Shown one piece after another: positions 8,993-18,100 of a DNA stretch of 64,000 bases. This DNA comes from Candidatus Micrarchaeia archaeon. GTDB taxonomy: Archaea; Micrarchaeota; Micrarchaeia; Anstonellales; Bilamarchaeaceae. The position numbers were made by a program, and so were the translations under genes. A model generated the notes under the pieces. The model worked only from the letters and a program-made list of their open reading frames with translations, had not been told where the DNA came from and did no database searches. The stretch is from positions 4,856 through 68,855 of the forward strand of contig JBNLBN010000002.1 of NCBI GenBank assembly GCA_050303335.1, given 5' to 3'. How positions within the stretch are numbered: position 1 is the first letter of the stretch; every line of letters starts with the position of its first letter.

Positions 8993-9984
8993 TGAAGGCA
9001 TACCTGCTGCTCCTGCTTCTTTCCGCCTCGTCCTTCGCGTGCATTTCCAACGCGACTGACATTGTCATGAGCGAGCAGGGAACAAACATCATGATCATAC
9101 TCTCGCTGACAACAATAGTGATAGCCATTGCATACATGGTGGGATCGGTGCTCCAGAAGCCGGAATACAGCGTATATGCAAAGGACGAGATGTATCACCT
9201 GGGTTTCTCCGTCCTTCTCCTTGTCTCATTCAGCGGGATTCTTGTCTTTTCCTGCTTCCTGATGGATTTTTTCTACACATCGTTTTTCCAGGAATCCGGA
9301 ATGTTCGGAGAAGCAGGGATGGAATCAAGATGCTACATGGACGGCCTCGGGATGAACGAGGTCGCTTCATGCTATGCCGAAGCAGTCTCTGATGATGCGC
9401 AGGCAGTTTCCGAAAGCTACATAGATGGATACGTGGACCAGCTGATGAGCTCCACATTCTCATGGAGCTTCCAGATCCCGCTTGTAAATTCCCTCACATC
9501 AACTGGCGGCGCATTCAGGAGGGTGGTCTCGAACCAGTATGACATTATCCTTAATACATTCCTCGTCCCGGCAATGGTAAGCATCAGCATGCAGAAGATC
9601 GCAATTGATTTCATTTCCGAAAACGTAATACAGTGGATACTGCCGATAGGATTCCTGCTCCGGTTCTTCATGCTGACCAGGGAAATGGGAAACATAGTCA
9701 TTGCGCTTTCCTTTGGGCTCTACATACTGGTTCCATTCCTGTATGTATTCAACTTCGCCATGTACGAGGGAGTACTTGTAGACTGCTATCAATTCGTTAA
9801 CGAGGTCTGCGACAACGTATTCGACAGCTACTGCCAGCCCCCCCAGGTAGCATGCACCAATATACAGGGATTCTGGAACGTCGGAAGGCTGATACCAATG
9901 GCATTTTTCCTTCCGAATCTGACTATAGCACTTTTCGTGACATTTCTTGCGGCCGTAAATAAGGCCCTTCGGGTGGTTGGATGA
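8989..9984 (+). CDS. envelope-locus paralog P2 (signal peptide + polytopic membrane protein)
   Basis: It has the signal-like N-terminus MMKAYLLLLLLSASSFACISNA and the motif LPIGFLLRFFMLTREMGNIVIALSFGLYILVP. Its ATG overlaps the P1 stop. Confidence 0.7.
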   Translation: MMKAYLLLLLLSASSFACISNATDIVMSEQGTNIMIILSLTTIVIAIAYMVGSVLQKPEYSVYAKDEMYHLGFSVLLLVSFSGILVFSCFLMDFFYTSFFQESGMFGEAGMESRCYMDGLGMNEVASCYAEAVSDDAQAVSESYIDGYVDQLMSSTFSWSFQIPLVNSLTSTGGAFRRVVSNQYDIILNTFLVPAMVSISMQKIAIDFISENVIQWILPIGFLLRFFMLTREMGNIVIALSFGLYILVPFLYVFNFAMYEGVLVDCYQFVNEVCDNVFDSYCQPPQVACTNIQGFWNVGRLIPMAFFLPNLTIALFVTFLAAVNKALRVVG

Positions 9985-12041
9985 AAAGACTGTTCATACT
10001 CCTGCTTTTATTTTCAATTTCTCTGGCATCCAACTCCGCGGGGCAGTTCGAGGATGCAACAGGCGGTTCGCCGCTTGAACTCGTTTCGGACTGGAGGGTT
10101 ATAGCGATCCTTTCGATCGTCTTTTCAGCCATCCTTGTTGCTATTGCATATGCAGCCGGAATCGGATTCGAGATGCCTGAAATCAAGGCATGGGCAGGTA
10201 TCGAACTGACGCAGATATTCGTAAACGCGATCATCATCGTTTCACTTCTCGCGGTCATCTCATTCCTTGACGCCCTCGTTGTCGGAATGGTCTACAGCAG
10301 CGGGCTGGAGATCAACGAATGCACGGGGTTCGGTCAGCAGGAATACGAAACATGCCTTCAGGCAGTTGCGATTGAATATCTTGAGGACTATGAAACCACT
10401 CTGAAAAGCTCCATGAGGAATATCCTGATCGAAAACGTCAAGGCAGTAAATCTCATGAACACGCGCGTAGGCGCTTACTGTACCGGAGTGATATGCGGAC
10501 AGATAGGAATCAGCCATACTATTGCCGCGGAAAATACTCTGGATGTAGACAGGAACACTATACTATTCGAATATTACACAAACCTGCTAAGCTTTCTCAG
10601 GAGCCAACTGTTCTTCGTAAACAATGTATCGTTCAAGATGGGCCCTGTAATACTCGCTGTCGGAATTGTTGCAAGGTCTTTCTTCATGACAAGGAAGCTC
10701 GGAGGCCTACTGATAGCAATATCCTTTGGAATTATATTTTTCCTTCCCGGGATGTACCTTTTCGACTGGGCCACGATGGACATGTTCGTTAACGGCGACA
10801 AGGCGCTGGATGCGGCAGCCTCCTCATGCCCGTCGGAATGTACGAAAAAGGCTCCGCTGGCATACTACTATGACGGAGGGGACCTCATGCTCATCGAGGA
10901 TCCGACGGAACTGCGGCAGATGTTCCTTCCGGAGGATGTCGGTAAGGCTAGCGGCATATACGACGGCTCGATAGCCAGCGCTCCGGGAACGAACGGTTCG
11001 GCACAGGACAGGACGATATTCTCCTGCAGGTCTGATGCCAATACAACTTTCTGTCCTGAGGTGTGCAGGGCCCTTCCCTATCCGTCCATTCCGAACTGCG
11101 CGGATTTTATCACCCAGATCTCGTGCTCACTGGTCCCGAAGGAATGCAAAGTGATAAAGCTCGTGGAGGAACCTGTGCAGAACAGCAAGTGCCCGGATTC
11201 ATGCAAGATAATCCCTCCGCTTCGATCAGACTGCAATACTGGCCCATGCCTGCTTTCAAGCATTGACTGCCGTCTCACCGTGCGCTCGAACACCAACTGG
11301 CGCCCGTCCGTCAGCGATGAAGTGGATTCTGACAAGAAGGCATTCTGCGACCTTGCGCAATATTGCGAGGCAAATTACAATGCAAACCTTTCATGCGTCT
11401 ACGTGATGCCAGTTACCGGACCATGCGATGGCGAGGGGAGCGTCTGCCAGGGCTGTCCTGCACAATGCCGTGTGACCGGAGGGAATCCAGCGAACATGCC
11501 GCCGGAATGCCAGCTCTATGCGCTCTCATGCTCTCTTTGCCATGAAACATGCAAAGTCGACATATCCGACATAAGCTCCCTTAATGCCCAGCCGCCATCC
11601 TGCATGGGCTGTCCGCTGGAACGGAGGCTGATGGGCCCCGACCTTCCGGAGGAATACAGCCTGGACCTGGCGGCCGAGGGCGGATACCAGTGTTCATTCA
11701 GTTCCTGCCCCGCGCAATACCGGGCATTTCTGCCCAGAAGCTCCTGCGAGGAATGCCTATTTACCGAAGAATCCGAAACATACAGCCCGGCAATCAACAA
11801 CCAGTGCGATGAATCCTGCAAGCCTACCATATCAGCGCATATAAAGGACCCTGATTCCTACTCGACCGTCGGAGGAGACGGTCTCGTGGGGAAACCGGAC
11901 ATACAGTCGCTTTCAAAGATGATGCTTCCTATCTACGTACTGCCGCTCTTCAATTTCGTTGCTACAATCGTTTTCATTAAAGGCCTGTCAAAAATGCTTG
12001 GAGGGGATATTGAAATCCCGGGGATCTCGAAGGTGTTCTGA
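9981..12041 (+). CDS. envelope-locus paralog P3 with ~350-aa cysteine-rich ectodomain insertion
   Basis: It has signal MKRLFILLLLFSISLASNSA, motif VGIVARSFFMTRKLGGLLIAISFGIIFFLP, and tail LSKMLGGDIEIPGISKVF. About 32 Cys (my count) lie between the motif and the last TM. It overlaps P2 by 4 nt. Confidence 0.75.
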   Translation: MKRLFILLLLFSISLASNSAGQFEDATGGSPLELVSDWRVIAILSIVFSAILVAIAYAAGIGFEMPEIKAWAGIELTQIFVNAIIIVSLLAVISFLDALVVGMVYSSGLEINECTGFGQQEYETCLQAVAIEYLEDYETTLKSSMRNILIENVKAVNLMNTRVGAYCTGVICGQIGISHTIAAENTLDVDRNTILFEYYTNLLSFLRSQLFFVNNVSFKMGPVILAVGIVARSFFMTRKLGGLLIAISFGIIFFLPGMYLFDWATMDMFVNGDKALDAAASSCPSECTKKAPLAYYYDGGDLMLIEDPTELRQMFLPEDVGKASGIYDGSIASAPGTNGSAQDRTIFSCRSDANTTFCPEVCRALPYPSIPNCADFITQISCSLVPKECKVIKLVEEPVQNSKCPDSCKIIPPLRSDCNTGPCLLSSIDCRLTVRSNTNWRPSVSDEVDSDKKAFCDLAQYCEANYNANLSCVYVMPVTGPCDGEGSVCQGCPAQCRVTGGNPANMPPECQLYALSCSLCHETCKVDISDISSLNAQPPSCMGCPLERRLMGPDLPEEYSLDLAAEGGYQCSFSSCPAQYRAFLPRSSCEECLFTEESETYSPAINNQCDESCKPTISAHIKDPDSYSTVGGDGLVGKPDIQSLSKMMLPIYVLPLFNFVATIVFIKGLSKMLGGDIEIPGISKVF

Positions 12042-13084
12042 TGAGAAGACTGGTATTTCTTGTACTGCTGATGTCTGTTGCTTCTGCCGCTTCATGGCAG
12101 GAGGTCACTTTCATTTCGATTTCAGTATCCGCATTCCTAATTGCAAGCGTCTTTATGATAGGTTTCGGTTTCGGAATATCAAGCCTCCAGATGATGGCCC
12201 GGGAGGAATTCTTCCAGCTGATCGCGATGGCAGTGCTGGTGGTGCTGCTTCTTGGTGCCGACGGGATTCTGAACGGCATTTCAGGGGTATTCTCGCCTTC
12301 AACCTCACTGCAGCAGCTTTCCCTGAACATCCTCTCGGAAGACAAGGCTTCAGTATCGCTCCTGATAAGCCAAATCGGGATTTTCGACCTTGGGGTCTCC
12401 AAGGAGGCATCAAGGACCAGCCAGTGCAGCATGATGTATACAGGTTACTCGGTAAGCGGTTGCGGAGGATACGCGATGCTTGCGCCCCAGCTCTCGATGG
12501 CAGGAGGAATCGCCGGATTCGCTCTTGCAGAACTGAGTGCTGCAGAGAGGCTGATACAGATCGCAAATTCATATTCCCTCGGCATGCTGCTTCCTATCGG
12601 TATAATCCTGAGGACTTTCAAGATAACGCGCGGTGCCGGCGGATTCCTTATAGCGCTCGGAATATCATTATACCTCCTTCTTCCGGTAGGGATCGTGTTC
12701 AATGAAATGCTTGTTGAAACCTTCAGGCAGTCTGATGATCCGAGGGTGGTTGATTATACCATGCCTGCTTTCAGCGCAAGCGTGGTGCCGTGCAATCCTG
12801 GTGATGCAACTCCGCCTCCATTCGGGGTCGATCTCTTCGGTGAGATCGGAAGCGCTATAGGAGGCGATCTGGGGCTCCTTCTCGGATCAGATACGAATGA
12901 GGAACGAGCGATAGGAACATATGGCGTGATGAGGCTCAATACAAGGAACAAGATGATGACGATGCTACTGGAAGCGACATTCGGGCCGATAATCGGGCTC
13001 CTTCTTGTCGTTTCAGGGATAAGGACGCTGACATTGATTGCGGGATCAGACGTAGATGTAAGTGCTTTGGCGAGGTTTGTCTGA
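12041..13084 (+). CDS. envelope-locus paralog P4
   Basis: It has signal MRRLVFLVLLMSVASAAS, motif LPIGIILRTFKITRGAGGFLIALGISLYLLLP, and tail LIAGSDVDVSALARFV. It overlaps P3 by 1 nt. Confidence 0.75.
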   Translation: MRRLVFLVLLMSVASAASWQEVTFISISVSAFLIASVFMIGFGFGISSLQMMAREEFFQLIAMAVLVVLLLGADGILNGISGVFSPSTSLQQLSLNILSEDKASVSLLISQIGIFDLGVSKEASRTSQCSMMYTGYSVSGCGGYAMLAPQLSMAGGIAGFALAELSAAERLIQIANSYSLGMLLPIGIILRTFKITRGAGGFLIALGISLYLLLPVGIVFNEMLVETFRQSDDPRVVDYTMPAFSASVVPCNPGDATPPPFGVDLFGEIGSAIGGDLGLLLGSDTNEERAIGTYGVMRLNTRNKMMTMLLEATFGPIIGLLLVVSGIRTLTLIAGSDVDVSALARFV

Positions 13085-14157
13085 TGGTCGATGCCGTGAT
13101 ATGCACCCCTGTTTTTGAAAATTTCATGAACAATACGATAGTCCCGCTCGTCCTGTTCTCTTCAATAGCCACTTCGGCACTGATAGCGCTTTCATACATG
13201 GTCGGCAATGCGATCTCTAATGCGAAGCTCACTTTCTGGGCCAAGACCGAGGCAGTGCAGATAGTGATATCAGCTATGTCTATCGTGTTCATCTTGGCAA
13301 CCGTGAACGGCTTCTGCTCCATCAACATGGGGGAGCTCTCATCATTCTTCACTGACATCGACACTCCCCAGGACCTGAATCTCTTCGATGCAGCGCAGGA
13401 ATACCTCCGGGAGACAATGCTATACTCCCATAATGCGATGACCGCGGTCAGGTATCACCTGGAGGGGTACACCGTGCTCTCTTTCCTGAATTCATTCTCA
13501 TGTGATTTCAAGCTGGGCCCGATCGGCCTTGGATGCCTGCACGGATATTCCGGAACATCCGGGCTTCCGGTCGGAGGATACGGGGCAATTATAGCAGCCC
13601 TCAATATATTCTTCAATTCCACTATCATGTCCTATTTCTCGGCTATGAATTACCTGTTCATCCTTCTGTTCGTCTACAAGGGATTCGTTTTCCTTTTCCT
13701 TCCTGTTGGCATATTCGTGAGGTCCTTGCCCTACCTCCGTTCCTTCGGCTCGGTTCTGATCGCAATAGCACTCTCGTTCCTGCTCGTATTCCCGTTCATG
13801 CTGAGCATCTTCTATCTGATGGGAGATGTCCTCCTTGACCGCGGGAACAATTACGAGCCGCAGGTGGGGAATCCTCCGATGAACAGCTTTTATTATGAAA
13901 AAAGATATCCTGATAATGAATACGCCTCAATCGGGACCAGCATCGCAGGAGAAGAGCTTGGAGTATGGATAACAAGGCAGCTCTATTTCCCTTCAGGTGA
14001 GAATCCAGGAGGGGCGATAATATTTGCAGCCTACGCATTCCTTGCAGCAGTGTTCATGCCTACTGCAGCACTGATTGCGACCATAGCAAGCGTCTCTTAC
14101 ATTTCAAGGCTTTACGGCGAGGAGATAGATCTCTCAAGAATAACCATGATGGTGTGA
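13084..14157 (+). CDS. envelope-locus paralog P5
   Basis: It has motif LPVGIFVRSLPYLRSFGSVLIAIALSFLLVFP and tail SRLYGEEIDLSRITMMV. It overlaps P4 by 1 nt. Confidence 0.75.
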   Translation: MVDAVICTPVFENFMNNTIVPLVLFSSIATSALIALSYMVGNAISNAKLTFWAKTEAVQIVISAMSIVFILATVNGFCSINMGELSSFFTDIDTPQDLNLFDAAQEYLRETMLYSHNAMTAVRYHLEGYTVLSFLNSFSCDFKLGPIGLGCLHGYSGTSGLPVGGYGAIIAALNIFFNSTIMSYFSAMNYLFILLFVYKGFVFLFLPVGIFVRSLPYLRSFGSVLIAIALSFLLVFPFMLSIFYLMGDVLLDRGNNYEPQVGNPPMNSFYYEKRYPDNEYASIGTSIAGEELGVWITRQLYFPSGENPGGAIIFAAYAFLAAVFMPTAALIATIASVSYISRLYGEEIDLSRITMMV

Positions 14158-14160
14158 ACT

Positions 14161-15192
14161 ATGCTTACGATACAAAGTTTTTTCGGGGATATGACTGGAT
14201 TGCAGTGGTCCGGCATCTGGCTTCCTCTAGTGATACTTGCAGTATTTACATCGATAATGTTCTACAACATCCTGCTGATGATCGGCAAGGCATTCTCGCT
14301 TCGCGAAGTGGAACGGTTCGCGAAATCCGAGATGCTCCAGGCACTATCCACCGCATTCATGGCATCGTTCCTGGTCATGCTGGTTGGCGGAGCGATGGAA
14401 CTGACCGGACAGTTTCTGCATGGCGAATTTGCATGCGGCGATGATGTCATTCACATATCGAGCCTTGATGACGGCCAGTCGACAATGGAGAATGTTTTCG
14501 ATGCAATAAGGTGCAGGCTTCAGTCGAGGGCAAAGGAAGTTGCAAGGATCCAGGGCGCACTGGTCGGAGGCCTCGGCCCTGCAAATGAATTCAACCTTCT
14601 CAATACTGCGCTAAGCAGTTTCGGCATCACGTTCTTCAAGGGAGACTGGGTCGGCGAACTTTACCGCGCAGTCGAGACAAAAAGGATCGCTAACAATCTT
14701 GCAACCGTGCTTCTTATCGGCCTTAACGCACAGTCCGACGTCCTCCAGTATATCAAGATTAATTCCCTGAATGTCCTTCTTCCGCTTGGCATCCTTCTCA
14801 GGAGCTTCTATTTCACAAGAAGCGTCGGCGCACTCTTCATTTCAATCGCAGTCGGGATGTTCTTCATATTCCCGGTATTCTTCATCCTTCTCGATCCTGG
14901 ATTCACGGCATCAGCACCCCCTCCGTCTTTTGCAGGGGCCCAGCAGGAAACATTCTGCTATGCTACAATGAAGAACACGATCTCGATGGTCGATGCAATT
15001 TCGCAGCTTAGCGCCGCCGGACCAAACCTCGGGATGGAACAGCTTGAAGAGGACCTGACTAAGTCATACATCTCCCTGATCATCCATCCGCTCGTTTCAT
15101 TCTTCCTGACAATGGTTTTCATAAGGTACATGATGGTGCTTCTTGGAGGCGACAGCACGGAAATAACCCGAATGGTGACAAAGGTGGTCTGA
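14161..15192 (+). CDS. envelope-locus paralog P6
   Basis: It has motif LPLGILLRSFYFTRSVGALFISIAVGMFFIFP and tail MVLLGGDSTEITRMVTKVV. A 3-nt gap separates it from P5. Confidence 0.75.
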   Translation: MLTIQSFFGDMTGLQWSGIWLPLVILAVFTSIMFYNILLMIGKAFSLREVERFAKSEMLQALSTAFMASFLVMLVGGAMELTGQFLHGEFACGDDVIHISSLDDGQSTMENVFDAIRCRLQSRAKEVARIQGALVGGLGPANEFNLLNTALSSFGITFFKGDWVGELYRAVETKRIANNLATVLLIGLNAQSDVLQYIKINSLNVLLPLGILLRSFYFTRSVGALFISIAVGMFFIFPVFFILLDPGFTASAPPPSFAGAQQETFCYATMKNTISMVDAISQLSAAGPNLGMEQLEEDLTKSYISLIIHPLVSFFLTMVFIRYMMVLLGGDSTEITRMVTKVV

Positions 15193-18100
15193 TGAGATTA
15201 TTGCTATTGATGATTCTGTTGGTGTTTGCCGGATGCCTGGCCCCGGTCGAGAAGCTCGGCTGCTGCCAGAAGGAAAACATCAGCGAAGGCTGCGTACTCT
15301 ATAATACCTCTGACTTTACCAGTATCGACATGACTGGCCAGACTGTTGCACAGTCATGCGACAATCCGGATATGGATACCGAGGGATACTGCAATGTCTC
15401 GGTAAACAATAACTACCGGCTGATCCCAATATGCACCCAGGAGGATATTGTCGAATGTGTTGATCCTGGATGCACTGCGATGGTATGCGGAGATTTCTCA
15501 TACAAGCCGAGGATTTCGCCCGTAGTAACTGATGATGAGGATCTTAGCAGCGCGACACCCACTGATTCTGATGACAGTGCGACAATCCAGTTCTACAAGT
15601 CGCAGTGCCGGTTCCTTCCGATGGATGTCGACCTGCGCCAGATCATGAAGAATTCCAAATCATCGATAAACGTCTTCCGCGTTGGGATAGGTGGTTCGTT
15701 CGACGAATACGACCAGTACAGGTATTATTTCCCGATGGCAGACGAGTTCTGCAGCGCAGCAATCTCCGGAGGATTCTCAGGAACTGTAGATCGGTATATG
15801 AATTACCTGGACCTGGCGGACAAATCGGTGTTCGATCCGGATGAAATCACAGAGAACTGCTTTGATGACGACAGCGTGCAGGGCCCATACATGAACCAGG
15901 AATCTCCGGCACTGAATCTTCCGGGGTATTACGGACTGTTCACCATCTCTACCGTGGAACCTGAAAAGAACAACTACAAGTTCGTCCATTTCATCAACTA
16001 TGACTTCACTCCGGTCTGGACACAGGATCTCCTCAAAGGGGCAGGTTATCAGTACATCCCCGGTTTCATAAACGGCCACAGCCTTTACAAGGAAATCGAC
16101 AAGGACTTCTACAAAAGGGAACTGTCCATTGCACATGCGAGTTCCATCTATGATATCGATGGCACGGGAAGCACAAGAGCACCGTTCGAATGCTCCATGT
16201 CGGAAAATAACTGCCTCTCAGGAAGCTGCAACAGTGATTTCTACAACCGCGGGGTGTTCGTCGATGCAGACAACAACAATGATATCGTGACCGACTGCAC
16301 CAGGATGAAGGACGAAAACGGAAACCAGCGGATCATATGCCTTCCAACAATAGCAGGTTCCATTGCCGAGTCAGATGATGGCAGCCCGCCTTCAAGGGAA
16401 TATTCAGATGTGACTGCAAAGGTTACGCATATTGAGATCAGCACTGTCGGTAACATGGATTTCACATACGAGGATTTCATTGATCCAGAGGCTGATCCGA
16501 AGATGATCGATTACTGGGATGCATGGGGGCTCTATCTCGAGCCGCTGGTCGACAGGTATGGCAATCCGCATTATGTATCAAGTTCTTCGAAAGTCCTGAC
16601 AAACGTTCCAACAGGAATATCACACTACTATTCGATTGAATATGTCTATGATGACGAGGGCCATTACCAATATTCCTACTACAAGCTGAATCAGGGCTTC
16701 TATTCCGGAAGCTACGGGCCTCCGGCAGGCGGTGCGGTGTTCTTCGGGAAAATCAGCGATGAGCCTATGAGGTACGGAGACGGTGAAGTGATTGGCTATG
16801 CTATGGGAGACGATTTCGATGAGACGCTTCTTGCCCAGAACTGCGAGCTTGAAGAGAACGAGGATTATGTAGTAGTGAGCCTCGGATCGCCGACCAACTG
16901 GCAGAGCTCCGGGATGATGTCTCTTTTCAGGCCATACTATGAGGATGTCCTCAAAAGCTACAAGACCTATGGTTTCGAGGAAGGCTGCGGGGATAAAATG
17001 CTTGCAACGGATTCAGTGGTTGCTTCGATGCCATGGGTGATAGCTTTTGAAAAAGGCGGACTTTCGGGGGGCCCTCTCAACACCGACTTAAGGTACAGGT
17101 TCACAGACTATCCCAATGCCTACTGGATGGCATCCACTCCGGCTTTCGGAGCATTTGCAAACAACGTGTACGATGAATATATGTACCGTTTACTCGATGC
17201 GGGAAGCTGCAGCCTCAGGATGAGCCGCTATGACTCTCCCTTGTCTAATGATTACTACAATATAGTGTACCCAAATAACTTTGTCCTACTGATCAACAAG
17301 GGCGATGACAGGTTTGGAAGATGCTCACTCGACAGGTCGACTATGTTCCCTGAGCTCAGGACATTCGGCTGGTGCGAGCCGTGCTCCACCTCCACACTCG
17401 CGTACCAGGAGATTTCCACTACCCCCAGGCCTTATCTTCCGGGCTATAAGATGAAACTGGATCCAGGGGCAACCACTTTCGAACCCCAGATCTGCTGGTC
17501 CCAGTACGAATCACACTGGGATTTCGATTTTTCATCCCAGCCGTCATTCAACCTTACAGACAACGTGACATGCTACAATCCATCAATTCCTGACATCAGT
17601 GATTACAAGGGAAGCATTGGAAACATAGGTTCTCCAAGGACCATACCTGAAGCAAGCGTTATGAAGAAGAGGCTCGGAAACTACCTCCGTTCCGGAGTCC
17701 TGCCGGTCCTTGATCTGACGGACGAATCAAACTGGAACATCACCAATCCGGATGCTGAAAGCGTCGGGTGGGACCTCTTCCAGCTGTTCTACGACACGAG
17801 CCCGGAGGACTATTCCCAGTATGACTTTGAAAGGCTGATAGGGAGGATGGGCGCTGCAGTAATAATCGTGGATACCGTATCAGAATATGATGTACAGTTC
17901 AAGGTTTCGAGAATTATCGACCGGGCATCGATAATCAAGCAGAAATGCTTCGGCTGCATCACCGCATTCCATGTTCAGAGCCCGCCCGACAATGAAAGTT
18001 TCAATTATACAATTAACAGCGTCCTGAGCAATCCAACAGCCCAGCGCGTGATAGAGATGGTCACTTTCGACTATCCTATCTCCGAGCACGGTTTCAGCGA

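Noticed and set aside
11959-12705. 248-aa plus-strand and 139-151-aa minus-strand alternative-frame ORFs overlapping P3/P4. Similar ORFs overlap the 4697..7654, GT4, HMGR and Na/Pi genes.
   Set aside because: These are Arg/Pro/Ser-rich translations typical of off-frame reading of coding sequence. The annotated frames carry family motifs or clear homology.
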